From a bacterium (GTDB lineage: Bacteria; Electryoneota; Electryoneia; Electryoneales; Electryoneaceae): a stretch of 64,000 bases of DNA. The DNA is taken from NCBI GenBank assembly GCA_963675295.2, contig CAXXKJ010000002.1, positions 2,400,001 to 2,464,000 of the forward strand, read 5' to 3'. This document shows, piece by piece, positions 38,279-48,071 of the stretch; position 1 is the stretch's first letter; every line of letters begins with the position of its first letter. The position numbers were made by a program, and so were the translations under genes. A model generated the notes under the pieces. The model did no database searches and was not told where the DNA came from. It saw only the letters and a program-made list of their open reading frames with translations.

Positions 38279-38458
38279 GATCCCTGCATTTCTTAGCGAC
38301 TTTGATTGAGAACCAACACTCTCAATGGAGGGAGTTCGGCTTCGTTTGTGGCGGGTAGGCCTTGCCGGCAACGGTTGAAGGAAACCTAACACGAATGAGA
38401 GGACACCCAGTTTGGTGAACTAAGCGTTCTCCAATCCACTCGCGGAAATGTGGGGATC
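38279..38458 (+). ncRNA. ssrS: 6S RNA
   Basis: 180 nt closed by GATCCCTGCATTTC/GAAATGTGGGGATC with inner pairing GATTG.AGAAC/GTTCTCCAATC; canonical zapA-ssrS-rny position. Confidence 0.88.
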
Positions 38459-38510
38459 AGTGTTTTTCACCGGGACGGGAATCAATTCCGCCCGAAGGAG
38501 ATACAGCGAA

Positions 38511-40073
38511 ATGGATGTGCTCACACTGATTATCGGTGTGCTCGCAGGCGCGGCCGTGGGCGTGGCGGTCGCGTTGGTTCTTCGCAACGTTGCAGACAAA
38601 TCCCGCGTAAACTCCGCCCAGTCGCAAGCAGAAACCATCCTCGACACCGCAAAGAAGGAAGCAGAGAACCTGAAGCAGGCGGCGTTACTGGAAGCGCGTG
38701 ACAAAGCCCTCGCCGAAAAGCAGAAGATGGAAGGTGAGGTTGAGAAGCGCTTTGAGGAAATCCGGCGGGACGAGAAACGTGTCGCCGATCAGGAAATTGC
38801 GGCGGAGAAACGATTCGAGCGGGCGAAGCAACGTGAACGTGAACTGAAAGACCGCGAGCGTACCCTGCGCAGGCAGGAGAAGACAGTAACTGCCAAAGAA
38901 GAAGAGTTAGACACGCTGATTTTACAGCGCCGTGAGATGCTGGAGCAGTTGGCGGGGAAGACATCCGCCCAGGCGTTGGAAGAGTTGCAGGGCATTCTGA
39001 TTGACAAGGCGCGCGCGGATTCTGCGACGATCGTCAAGGAGATCCTCGACGAAGCGCGTGAGAACGCCAACCGTGAAGCGAAGGAACTGATTGTCAATGC
39101 CATTCACCGTAGCGCGGCCGACCACACGGCCGAAATGACGGTGACAGCGGTGGATCTGCCGAACGATGACATCAAGGGACGGATCATCGGGCGTGAAGGC
39201 CGTAACATTCGTGCGTTGGAAGCGGCGACCGGCGTGGATATCATCGTCGATGATACCCCGGAAACGGTTGTCGTGTCGTGTTTTGACCCGGTCCGCCGTG
39301 AGTTAGGCCGGATGGCGCTGGAGAAGTTGATCTCGGACGGCCGGATTCACCCGGGCCGCATCGAGGAAGTGGTGTCGAAGGCGCAGAAGGAGTTGGACGA
39401 ACGCATCTTGGAATATGGCCGTAACGCCGTCCAGGAGGCGAAAGTCCACGGGTTGCACCAGGAACTGATCAAGGCGCTCGGCCGGATGCATTATCGCACC
39501 AGCTACGGCCAGAATCAGCTCCGCCACAGCATTGAAGTCGCGAAGTTGACCGGCATCCTCGCCGCCGAGCTCGGGTTCAACGCGAAGCTCGCGCGCCGTT
39601 GCGGTCTGCTGCATGACATTGGCAAAGCGATCGACCGGGAATCCGAGGGCACGCACGTTCAGCTTGGCGCCCAGTTGGCGAAGAAGTACGGCGAACCGCC
39701 GGAGGTTTTAAACACGATTCAGTCGCATCATGGTGACGTTCCGCCGGACAACGTGTTGAGTGTGCTGGCGGCGTCCGCGGACGCCATCAGCGGCAGCCGT
39801 CCCGGCGCGCGGCGTGAGAGCCTTGAGAATTACGTTCAGCGTCTGCACGACCTCGAGGAAATCGCCAAGGGCTTTGAGGGCGTCAACAAGGTGTACGCGA
39901 TTCAGGCCGGACGTGAAGTTCGCATCATGGTCGAGAATGGCAAGGTGTCGGATGCGTACGCCGAAGTGCTCGCGCATGACATTGCTGAGAAGATCGAGAA
40001 TGAGCTGGTCTATCCCGGCCAGATCAAAGTGACCGTGATTCGCGAGTACCGCGCGAGTGGAGTCGCGAAGTAG
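38511..40073 (+). CDS. rny: Ribonuclease Y
   Basis: N-terminal TM + coiled coil, KH motif [15 protein letters not shown] motif [14 protein letters not shown]; AAGGAG Shine-Dalgarno before ATG 38511. Confidence 0.97.
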   Translation: MDVLTLIIGVLAGAAVGVAVALVLRNVADKSRVNSAQSQAETILDTAKKEAENLKQAALLEARDKALAEKQKMEGEVEKRFEEIRRDEKRVADQEIAAEKRFERAKQRERELKDRERTLRRQEKTVTAKEEELDTLILQRREMLEQLAGKTSAQALEELQGILIDKARADSATIVKEILDEARENANREAKELIVNAIHRSAADHTAEMTVTAVDLPNDDIKGRIIGREGRNIRALEAATGVDIIVDDTPETVVVSCFDPVRRELGRMALEKLISDGRIHPGRIEEVVSKAQKELDERILEYGRNAVQEAKVHGLHQELIKALGRMHYRTSYGQNQLRHSIEVAKLTGILAAELGFNAKLARRCGLLHDIGKAIDRESEGTHVQLGAQLAKKYGEPPEVLNTIQSHHGDVPPDNVLSVLAASADAISGSRPGARRESLENYVQRLHDLEEIAKGFEGVNKVYAIQAGREVRIMVENGKVSDAYAEVLAHDIAEKIENELVYPGQIKVTVIREYRASGVAK

Positions 40074-40093
40074 CGGGAATAGCATTCAGTTTC

Positions 40094-40124
40094 AGAGCCC
40101 GATGCGGAAGCACCGGGCTCTTTT
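40094..40124 (+). terminator. Terminator after rny
   Basis: AGAGCCCGATGC-GGAA-GCACCGGGCTCT followed by TTT. Confidence 0.8.
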
Positions 40125-40194
40125 GCATCCGGGCGGGAATCTTTGTTCATTCCCTCACTTCAAACTTGGATCTCATCCTTGAAAGGGGGGTGAC

Positions 40195-41700
40195 GTGAGT
40201 ACGGGCAAACGGATTGAGATCGGCCGGGAACGGTTGACGCTGGAACAGATGAAGCAGGTGGCCGCGGGCGTGGCGAAGGTCGTGCTCAGCGAAGACGCGG
40301 TCGAACGGATGCGGAAATCCAACGAGCTGGTGCAGCAGGTGATCACCAAGGGTGACCCGGTGTATGGGGTCAACACCGGCTTCGGCAAGTTCAGCGAGGT
40401 GCGGATTGACGCGAAGGACCTGAGCACCCTGCAGACGAACTTGATCCGGTCTCACTCCTGCGGGGTCGGGCCGGCGTTGGATGAAGCCATGGTGCGGATG
40501 ATTCTCGTGGCGAAGGCGTCTTCGTTGTCGCGTGGTTTCTCCGGCTGCCGTCCCGAGCTGGCGCAGATGCTCGTCGACTTCTACAACCAGGAGCTGTTGC
40601 CGGTGATTCCGGCGCATGGCAGCGTCGGCGCGTCCGGCGACCTCGCGCCGTTGTCGCACATGACGCTGGTGATGATTGGCGAAGGCGAGGCGACGTATGA
40701 TGGCGAGACGATGTCCGGCGCGGATGCGTTGCAAGCGGCCGGTTTGCAGCCCATCGAACTGGGCCCGAAGGAAGGGTTGAGCCTGATCAACGGGACACAG
40801 GTGTCGACATCGCTGTCGGTGAAGGCGTGGCTGGCGTTGAATGATCTCGTCGCGGCGGCGGATGCAGCAGCTGCGTGGACGCTGGAAGGTGTCGCCGGGC
40901 TGACGTCCGCGTTCGACGCGCGAGTGCACGAAATTCGTGGGCACAGCGGCGCTATCGCCAGCGCGGAACGGATCCGGGGTCACGTTGAGAATTCCCAGAT
41001 CCTCAGCAGCGAAGCGGCTTCGCGGCGGGTGCAGGACCCGTACGCGATCCGCTGCGCACCGCAGGTCCATGGGACGGTGCGGGATGTGCTGGCGAACGTG
41101 CGCGGCATGCTGGAAACCGAGCTGAACGGTGTCACCGACAACCCGCTTGTGTTCCCGGAACAGGGCGACGTAATCAGCGGCGGCAATTTCCACGCCGAGC
41201 CGGTGGCGATGGTCTCGGATCAGCTGGCGATTGCCGGGACGGACTTGGCGTCGATCAGTGAGCGCCGCACCTTCCTGTTGACCGATCCGCAAATCAGCGG
41301 CCTGCCGGCGTTCCTCGTCGAGCACGGCGGTCTCAACAGCGGATTCATGATCCATCACGTGACGCAGGCATCGTTGGTTAGTCAGTGCAAGACGCTGGCG
41401 CACCCAGCGAGCGTGGACAGCATCCCGACATCAGCGGGCAAGGAAGACCATGTCAGCATGGCGACGTGGGCCGGGTTCAAGGCGAACGAGATCATGGATC
41501 GCGCGGCGACGGTGATCTCGATCGAAATGATGGCGGCGGCACAGGCGGTGACGTTGCGCGAGCCGTTGCAGCCGGGGTACAGCATCCAGGCGTTGCAGAA
41601 GGAGCTGCGGACGGTGGTACCGAAACTGGACAGAGACCGCTACTCGAAGCCGGACATTGACGCGGCGGGGCAGTGGTTGCGTGAACGAAACTGGGCGTAA
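40195..41700 (+). CDS. hutH: Histidine ammonia-lyase
   Basis: VYGVNTGFG, LIRSH, MIO-forming GASGDLAP, KEGLSLING, QDPYAIRC, SGGNFH, EDHVSM. Confidence 0.93.
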   Translation: MSTGKRIEIGRERLTLEQMKQVAAGVAKVVLSEDAVERMRKSNELVQQVITKGDPVYGVNTGFGKFSEVRIDAKDLSTLQTNLIRSHSCGVGPALDEAMVRMILVAKASSLSRGFSGCRPELAQMLVDFYNQELLPVIPAHGSVGASGDLAPLSHMTLVMIGEGEATYDGETMSGADALQAAGLQPIELGPKEGLSLINGTQVSTSLSVKAWLALNDLVAAADAAAAWTLEGVAGLTSAFDARVHEIRGHSGAIASAERIRGHVENSQILSSEAASRRVQDPYAIRCAPQVHGTVRDVLANVRGMLETELNGVTDNPLVFPEQGDVISGGNFHAEPVAMVSDQLAIAGTDLASISERRTFLLTDPQISGLPAFLVEHGGLNSGFMIHHVTQASLVSQCKTLAHPASVDSIPTSAGKEDHVSMATWAGFKANEIMDRAATVISIEMMAAAQAVTLREPLQPGYSIQALQKELRTVVPKLDRDRYSKPDIDAAGQWLRERNWA

Positions 41701-41719
41701 TTGACAAAGGTAGTCGGAT

Positions 41720-43258
41720 ATGGCGCGAACGATTTTCACCGGTGCAAAGGTGCACCGTCACGACAGGGCGTGGGGGGACGCCGACGACGAACTGCTGATT
41801 GAGGACGGAAAGGTGGTAGCCACCGTGCGAGGGGACGACCTCTCCTCGGCGGCGGCGGGTACGGACGAGATCGTTCGTTTGCCGGGGGGACGTATCCTGC
41901 CCGGCTTTTTTGACGCGCACCTGCACGTGGACCAGGGCGGACGTCTGCTGGCCAGTCTGCAGTTGCTGGACAAGTCGACAAAGTCGGAGGTGCTGGAGTC
42001 AGTCGCTGAAGCTGCGAAGTCCGGCGAGGGCTGGCTGATCGGGATCGGCTTGAGCGAACACGCGTGGCCGACATTGGCCGAACGGGACCGGGTCTGCCCC
42101 AACCGTCCGCTGCTGCTGCACGCCCGTGACTACCACACGGTACTGATCAACAGCCGCGCGATCGAGGAAATCGGCCTGACTAACGAAACCCCATTGCCGG
42201 AGGGCAGCTGGCAGGAGTTGGATGAGGCTGGATTTCCGCGCGGAATCCTGTGCGAAAACGCCGCCCGGTGGATCGAGCAGTACCTTCCGGAAGAAACGCC
42301 GGAACAGTTGCGTGGCCTGATGCGCAACGCGATGCGGCACCTGTTGTCGCTGGGTATCACTGGTGTCAGTGACGCCGGCGATCCCGCGTCGTACGAGAAT
42401 GGCTGGCTGTGGCTGGAGGAACATGAGGGCCTGCCGATGCACGTCGAGAGCTGGTTGCGTTGCGTGCATTTCGGGGACGACTGCATTGCGCAACCGCGCC
42501 GGATGCAGGGCAAATTGAACCGGTTCCGGCTCAAACTGTTCATTGACGGCGCGCTCGGCAGCCGGACAGCGTGGATGAAGCAGGAATACGCTGACAAACC
42601 GGGCCACACCTCCGGGCCGGTTCCGGATCTAGCGGTGTATGATGCGTTCCTGAAGCGTGGCGCGGAGGCCGGTTGGTCGTTCACGGTGCACGCCATTGGT
42701 GACGCCGGAGTGGACTACGTCGCGGAAAGCCTCGCAGATCTACCCGCCAAAGCCGGACGGCACCGGATCGAGCACATTCAGCATGTGGACGCGGTTTCGA
42801 TACAGAAGTTGCTGGAGTCGGACCTCGCGTTGTCGGTACAGCCGACGCATCGGCTGGACGACCTCGGCATGCTGCGGGATCGTGTCGGCGAACGGGAGAA
42901 GTGGGCGTATCCGTTGAAGAGTCTGAATGTCGCCGACCGTCTGGTGCTGGGCAGTGACTGGCCGGTGGTCGATCCGGACCCACGCCGGACGATCCGTGCC
43001 GCTCTGCTGCCGCGCAAGCCGGGCGAGGGCATGCCGGAACAGCACCTGACGGCCTCTGAGGCTGTGCTGGCGTTGACGCGAAACGCCGCCCGTGTCGCGG
43101 GTTTCCCAAACCTGGGATCGCTGGAGAAGGGGTATACGGCGGACCTGGTGTGGTTGGATCGTGATCCGGGTGATGATCCGCACTCGTGGCTTGAGACGAA
43201 CGTTGGCGCCGTGTGGACCGGAGGCACGCGTGTCAACCGGGACAACGATTTGATTTGA
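41720..43258 (+). CDS. Amidohydrolase_3 (YtcJ-like) metal-dependent hydrolase
   Basis: PGFFDAHLH, KLFIDGALGSRTA, HAIGD, RIEH, GSDWPV, ADLV. Confidence 0.9.
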   Translation: MARTIFTGAKVHRHDRAWGDADDELLIEDGKVVATVRGDDLSSAAAGTDEIVRLPGGRILPGFFDAHLHVDQGGRLLASLQLLDKSTKSEVLESVAEAAKSGEGWLIGIGLSEHAWPTLAERDRVCPNRPLLLHARDYHTVLINSRAIEEIGLTNETPLPEGSWQELDEAGFPRGILCENAARWIEQYLPEETPEQLRGLMRNAMRHLLSLGITGVSDAGDPASYENGWLWLEEHEGLPMHVESWLRCVHFGDDCIAQPRRMQGKLNRFRLKLFIDGALGSRTAWMKQEYADKPGHTSGPVPDLAVYDAFLKRGAEAGWSFTVHAIGDAGVDYVAESLADLPAKAGRHRIEHIQHVDAVSIQKLLESDLALSVQPTHRLDDLGMLRDRVGEREKWAYPLKSLNVADRLVLGSDWPVVDPDPRRTIRAALLPRKPGEGMPEQHLTASEAVLALTRNAARVAGFPNLGSLEKGYTADLVWLDRDPGDDPHSWLETNVGAVWTGGTRVNRDNDLI

Positions 43259-43320
43259 CCGCGCGGGCCCGGACGCAGTAGACTCCCCGGCAACATTCAT
43301 TGACGAATCGTAACGCGACC

Positions 43321-44721
43321 ATGGCGAAATCAAAGAGTTTCAAGCCTCCGAACACCTACCTGATCCTGTTTACGCTGCTGGTGATTATGGCGGTGCTGAC
43401 ATGGATCGTTCCCGGCGGCCGGTACCAGACCGAGCTCGTGGAAGGCCGCGAGATGGTGGTGCCGGGCTCGTTTGAGCATGTGCCCGCTGAACCGCAGAAC
43501 CTGCTCGACCTGCTCGTCGCCCCGGTCAAGGGCTTTATGGACGCGGCTGAGATCATCGCGTTCGTGCTGATTGTCGGTGGTGCGTTCTCGGTGCTGCAGC
43601 GGACAGAGGCGATTGACGCGATCATCCGCAGATTAGCACGGGCAAGCCGCCGCTCTGCGGCGATCCGGACCGCGATCATCCCGCTCTTCATGGTGCTGTT
43701 TTCACTTGGTGGCGCGGTTTTCGGGATGGCGGAGGAGACGATCCCGTTTGTGCTGATTTTCATCCCGTTGTCTCTGGCGTTGGGCTATGACTCGATTGTC
43801 GGCGCAGCGATTCCGTTCGTGGGGTCGGGCGCCGGATTCGCGGGCGCGTTCCTCAATCCCTTCACCGTTGGCATTGCCCAGGGGATCGCGGATCTGCCAC
43901 TGTTCAGCGGGCTGGAGTATCGTGTTATCGTGTGGCTGGTGACGACAACGATCACGGTGCTGTTCGTCATGCTATATGCCGCACGCATCCGCAAGGACCC
44001 GACGAAAAGCCCGGTGTACGAGATGGACCAGAAGCTGCGGCACACGTTGCATCTCGACATCGACGGCGAAAATTCGGGTACGACGAAGCGTCAGGTGTGG
44101 GTTTTGGCGGCGTTTGGCGTCGCGATGGGGATGCTGGTGTTTGGTGTGCTCCGGCTGGGCTGGTACATCGAGGAGATCGCCGGCCTGTTCCTCGCGATGG
44201 GGATTGTCGTCGGCATCATCGGCGGGATGAAGGGCGGCCAAATTGCGGATGGATTCGAGAACGGCGCGAGAGATCTCGTCGGCGTCGCGGTGATCATCGG
44301 GCTGGCACGTGGAATCCTGATTATCGCGCAGGACGGCCTGATCATCGGCACGATGCTGAACGCGTTAAGCGGTGTCGTCGGAAGTCTGCATCCGGTGGCG
44401 TCCGCGGAGGCGATGTTCGTCTTCCAGTCGCTGCTGAACTTCTTTGTTCCGTCGGGTAGTGGCCAGGCGGCGTTGACGATGCCGATCATGGCACCGCTCA
44501 GCGACCTGGTTGGTGTCTCACGTCAGACCGCGGTGTTGGCGTACCAGTTCGGTGACGGGTTCTCGAACATCATCATCCCGACCTCGGCGGTGCTGATGGG
44601 CGTGTTGTCGCTGGCGAAGATTCCGTGGACGACGTGGGCGAAGTGGATCGCCCCGCTGGTATTGCTGTTGTCGCTCGCCGGAGCGCTATTGCTGATTCCA
44701 ACGTTTTTCTGGGTGTGGTGA
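43321..44721 (+). CDS. YfcC/DcuC-like (basic amino acid antiporter-type) membrane transporter
   Basis: LTWIVPGG, GMAEE, NPFTVGIAQ, PSGSGQA, AYQFGDG. Confidence 0.9.
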   Translation: MAKSKSFKPPNTYLILFTLLVIMAVLTWIVPGGRYQTELVEGREMVVPGSFEHVPAEPQNLLDLLVAPVKGFMDAAEIIAFVLIVGGAFSVLQRTEAIDAIIRRLARASRRSAAIRTAIIPLFMVLFSLGGAVFGMAEETIPFVLIFIPLSLALGYDSIVGAAIPFVGSGAGFAGAFLNPFTVGIAQGIADLPLFSGLEYRVIVWLVTTTITVLFVMLYAARIRKDPTKSPVYEMDQKLRHTLHLDIDGENSGTTKRQVWVLAAFGVAMGMLVFGVLRLGWYIEEIAGLFLAMGIVVGIIGGMKGGQIADGFENGARDLVGVAVIIGLARGILIIAQDGLIIGTMLNALSGVVGSLHPVASAEAMFVFQSLLNFFVPSGSGQAALTMPIMAPLSDLVGVSRQTAVLAYQFGDGFSNIIIPTSAVLMGVLSLAKIPWTTWAKWIAPLVLLLSLAGALLLIPTFFWVW

Positions 44722-45254
44722 TGCGCAGATTGATCCTGCTCGACCGTGACGGCACGGTCATGGTGAACAAGCATTACCTCGTCGATCCGGAGGGTGTCGA
44801 ACTGATTCCCGGCGTGGCGGAGGGCATTCAGCGACTGAATCAGGCCGGGTATGCCGTCGCGATCATCTCGAACCAGAGCGGCGTTGCGCGTGGGATGATG
44901 ACGGTCAACGATGTCGCCAAGGTCAATGCGCGCCTGCTAGCAGTGTTGCACATTCACGGCGCGGCAGTCGACAACATCTACTTCTGCCCGGAGGTGGATG
45001 ACGATGCACCGTGCCGGAAACCGAACACCGGCATGCTCGAACAGGCAGCGCGGGATATGGATTTGACGCTATCCGATGGTGTGGTGGTCGGGGACAACGT
45101 TGCGGATATCGAAGCAGGCAAGCGAGCCGGGTGCAAGACCGTGCTGGTGCGCACGGGGTACGGGGCAGAGGTGGAGAAGGTGGGGAGAGTGACGCCGGAT
45201 GCGGTGGTGGATTCGCTGCGTGAGGCGGTGGAGTGGATTCTGGCAGAGCTATGA
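44721..45254 (+). CDS. gmhB: D,D-heptose 1,7-bisphosphate phosphatase (HAD IIIA)
   Basis: LDRDGT, SNQSGVARG, CRKP, VGD, VRTGYG; TGATG overlap with the upstream gene. Confidence 0.88.
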   Translation: MRRLILLDRDGTVMVNKHYLVDPEGVELIPGVAEGIQRLNQAGYAVAIISNQSGVARGMMTVNDVAKVNARLLAVLHIHGAAVDNIYFCPEVDDDAPCRKPNTGMLEQAARDMDLTLSDGVVVGDNVADIEAGKRAGCKTVLVRTGYGAEVEKVGRVTPDAVVDSLREAVEWILAEL

Positions 45255-45294
45255 GCTGTGAGCGGTGAGCTATGAGCTATGAGCTGTGAGCTAT
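45246..45294 (+). repeat. Heptamer tandem repeat GAGCKRT x7 starting in the last gmhB codons
   Basis: Read directly; each junction forms TGA. Confidence 0.93.
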
Positions 45295-45299
45295 ACATT

Positions 45300-45386
45300 C
45301 CGGGTACACTTTGGGGACAAAGTGTCCCCGGATCTACTCTGGGGACCAAGTGTGCCCGGATCTACTTTGGGGACAAAGTGTCCCCG
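45300..45386. repeat. 28-bp palindromic unit in about 3 tandem copies (ACTTTGGGGACAAAGTGTCCCCGGATCT)
   Basis: Units at 45308, 45336, 45364; related copy at 52334-52368. Confidence 0.92.
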
Positions 45387-45395
45387 TTTCTTATT

Positions 45396-45423
45396 ATTAC
45401 CACGGATTTAAGTCCGTGGTAAT
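45396..45423. repeat. Perfect hairpin ATTACCACGGA-TTTAAG-TCCGTGGTAAT (REP/IS200-end-like or terminator)
   Basis: 11-bp perfect stem. Confidence 0.7.
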
Positions 45424-45443
45424 GGTGAATCTTAGCTATATGA

Positions 45444-45874
45444 TCAAGGATCGTCAAACCAAACCACCTGCAACGCCCATTCGTTGAGATACTCCTCAAT
45501 CTGCTCTTTCAGACCCGGTGTATCCGGTGCAGTCGGATAGATCAGACCCGCGCAAACATCGGTACTCTCTTTTCCTTCCACGAATTCGTTGATATACTTC
45601 CACACCTGCCGTCTGTGCGCCCCAAGAGCTTCTTCACATTCTGGGGCTTAATACGATCCCAGTTCGTGCCCTTGATTTCGACGATAACGACATAGTCGGT
45701 CAAGTCATCAACGAACAAGTCCATTCGTCCATGCCGGACGCGTTTCGCCGAACTTGATAGTGGAAGTGGGATTGTTTTCTCATCCTTGACGTGTCCATCT
45801 GCTGACAGCAACCAATCCTGTTGCACTCGCTTGTGGAAGGCTTTGCCATGTTTTAGCTGTTCTGGTTCAGCGAT
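45444..45874 (-). pseudogene. Frameshifted PD-(D/E)XK (RecB/Cas4-like) nuclease
   Basis: HGKAFH, GRMD, VEIK in one frame; HRRQVWKY...GLIYP in the shifted frame after a G4 run near 45620; ATC at the expected start position. Confidence 0.75.
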
Positions 45875-45910
45875 GATTCACCCCCACGAATGATCCCGCT
45901 CGAAGGTAAT

Positions 45911-45936
45911 AAAAAACGCCCCGTTTCCGGGGCGTT
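45911..45936 (-). terminator. Terminator after gmhA
   Basis: Minus strand AACGCCCCG-GAAA-CGGGGCGTT followed by TTTT. Confidence 0.85.
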
Positions 45937-45958
45937 AGGATTCGAAAAGACTTGTGAA

Positions 45959-46537
45959 CTAGCCGTGTAATTCACGTTCACTGAGCTCACACAGCAGATG
46001 CCCGACGAACGAGTGCATCTCCTGGATGCGTTGCGTGTCCTCTGATGGAATAATCACCGCCTGATCGCACAGCGGCGCCAGTTTCCCGCCGGTGTTGCCG
46101 AGGATGCCGAGTACACGCACGCCAAAGGTATGCGCCATCTCGGCCGCATTCAGCAGGTTCGGCGAATTGCCGGAGGTGCTGATCACGATCAGCAGGTCGC
46201 CCTTTTTGCCGAACGATTCCACTTGCCGTGCGAAGACGTTCACGTAGCCGATGTCGTTGGCACCGGCGGTGAGGATCGAGGTGTCGGTGCTCAGCGCCAT
46301 CGCGGGCATGGAGGGCCGGTCGAGGTCATGGCTCAGCCGGATGACCCATTCCGCCGCCCAGTGTTGCGCATCCGCCGCACTGCCACCATTTCCGGCGAGC
46401 AGCAGCTTGTTGCCGGCTTTGAAGGTGTCGATCACCAGTTTGACTGCCGCGACGATGGGTTCCTTGAGCGAATCCATCTGCCGTGCGACGTCAATGTGCG
46501 CGGCCAGGCGTTTGCCGAAAGCGGCGTTCAAATCCAT
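45959..46537 (-). CDS. gmhA: Phosphoheptose isomerase
   Basis: GNGGSAADAQH, TAGAND, FARQV, ISTSGNSPN, RIQEMH. Confidence 0.95.
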   Translation of the reverse strand: MDLNAAFGKRLAAHIDVARQMDSLKEPIVAAVKLVIDTFKAGNKLLLAGNGGSAADAQHWAAEWVIRLSHDLDRPSMPAMALSTDTSILTAGANDIGYVNVFARQVESFGKKGDLLIVISTSGNSPNLLNAAEMAHTFGVRVLGILGNTGGKLAPLCDQAVIIPSEDTQRIQEMHSFVGHLLCELSERELHG

Positions 46538-46539
46538 AC

Positions 46540-47844
46540 TTACACCTTGCGACCGATGCCGACGTAGGTGAGCCCGAAAGACTGAACGTACTTCGGATCC
46601 CAGATGTTGCGGCCATCAAAGACCACCTTGTCGGCCAGCTTCTTGGACAGCAGGCCGTGATCCGGGGTGCGGAAATCGTTCCACTCGGTGACCAGTACCA
46701 GCGCGTCCGCGTCTTCCACCGTCTCGTATTCGGATTCGCAGTAGGTGATGCTGTCGCCGAAAATGTCCCTGGCGACGGTCATCGCTTCCGGGTCGAACGC
46801 CTTCACGTTGGCACCTGCCGCGAGCAGCGAGTTGATGATCACGATCGCCGGCGCCTCGCGCATGTCATCGGTGCGCGGCTTGAACGACAGACCCCAGATC
46901 GCGAACGTCTTGCCCTGCAAGTTTCCTTCGTAATGTTTGGAAATCTTGCTGAACATGAGCTTCTTCTGCTCTTCGTTGACGCGCTCGGTGGCTTCGATGA
47001 TCTCGAGGTCGACATCATACTGTTTCGCGGTACGAAGGATCGCCTTGACATCCTTCGGGAAGCAGGAGCCGCCGTACCCGGCGCCGGCGTAGAGGAATGC
47101 CGGACCGATGCGTGAATCGGTGCCGATGCCCTGGCGGACCATGTCGATATCCGCGCCGACTTTTTCGCACAGGCGCGCGATTTCGTTCATGAACGAAATT
47201 CGTGTCGCGAGGAACGAGTTGGCGGTGTACTTGGTCAACTCGGCGGAGACGACGTCCATGTGGATAATGCGGTTGCTCTTCATCATGAACGGGCGATAGA
47301 GCCGGTTGAGGACTTCGTGGCCGATGTCGTTATCCGCACCGATGATCACACGTTCCGGCTTGAGGAAGTCGTTGACCGCGTCGCCTTCCTTGAGGAATTC
47401 CGGGTTCGAGACGACGGTGAAGTCGCTGTCGGTGTGCTTGCGGATCGCCTCGCTGACGAGACCGGCGGTTCCGACCGGGACGGTGCTCTTGTCGACGATG
47501 ATCTTGAACTCGTTCATCGCCTTGCCGATGCTTTCGGCGACGGTGAGCACGTGCTTCAGGTCCGCGCTGCCGTCCTCGTTCGGCGGGGTGCCGACGGCGA
47601 TGAAGATGACGTCACTGCTTTTGACGGCGTCATCGATGTCGGTGGTGAAATGCAACCGTTCCTTATCGATGCCTTCCTGGACCAGGTCTTCCAATCCCGG
47701 TTCGTAGATCGGGATTTCACCGTTCTTGAGCCGGTTGATCTTATCTTCGTCGATATCGACACAGATCACGTGGTTCCCGGTAGACGCGAAGCAGGCGCCC
47801 GCAACGAGTCCGACATAACCGGTACCAACCACCGCGACATGCAT
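46540..47844 (-). CDS. ugd: UDP-glucose 6-dehydrogenase
   Basis: GTGYVG, IAVGTP, KSTVPVG, NPEFLKEG, GYGGSCFPKD, FKPRTDDMRE. Confidence 0.96.
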   Translation of the reverse strand: MHVAVVGTGYVGLVAGACFASTGNHVICVDIDEDKINRLKNGEIPIYEPGLEDLVQEGIDKERLHFTTDIDDAVKSSDVIFIAVGTPPNEDGSADLKHVLTVAESIGKAMNEFKIIVDKSTVPVGTAGLVSEAIRKHTDSDFTVVSNPEFLKEGDAVNDFLKPERVIIGADNDIGHEVLNRLYRPFMMKSNRIIHMDVVSAELTKYTANSFLATRISFMNEIARLCEKVGADIDMVRQGIGTDSRIGPAFLYAGAGYGGSCFPKDVKAILRTAKQYDVDLEIIEATERVNEEQKKLMFSKISKHYEGNLQGKTFAIWGLSFKPRTDDMREAPAIVIINSLLAAGANVKAFDPEAMTVARDIFGDSITYCESEYETVEDADALVLVTEWNDFRTPDHGLLSKKLADKVVFDGRNIWDPKYVQSFGLTYVGIGRKV

Positions 47845-48071
47845 GAGTCACTCCTGAGTTTTCTTGGCACAAAGATTCGTGGAACGCCGGGCAATATACG
47901 CCATCCGCCAGTCTAGCGCCCATCTGTGAGGGTACGATTCAGAGCGCCCGGGGGAGGGCGCACAGGGGCTGATGTTCCAGCCAGCGGAGCCCGAATCGTA
48001 TGGCTCCTGCGGGTGTTGCCGTCCTGTTCACCGCGTACTTTCTTCGATAGGAACGAAATTCGGAATCGTGC

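Noticed and set aside
45300-45386. 28-bp palindromic repeats beside a Cas4-like nuclease read as a CRISPR array
   Set aside because: Units are directly adjacent with no spacers; no cas1/cas2 in the window; the nuclease lacks the Cas4 Fe-S cysteines.
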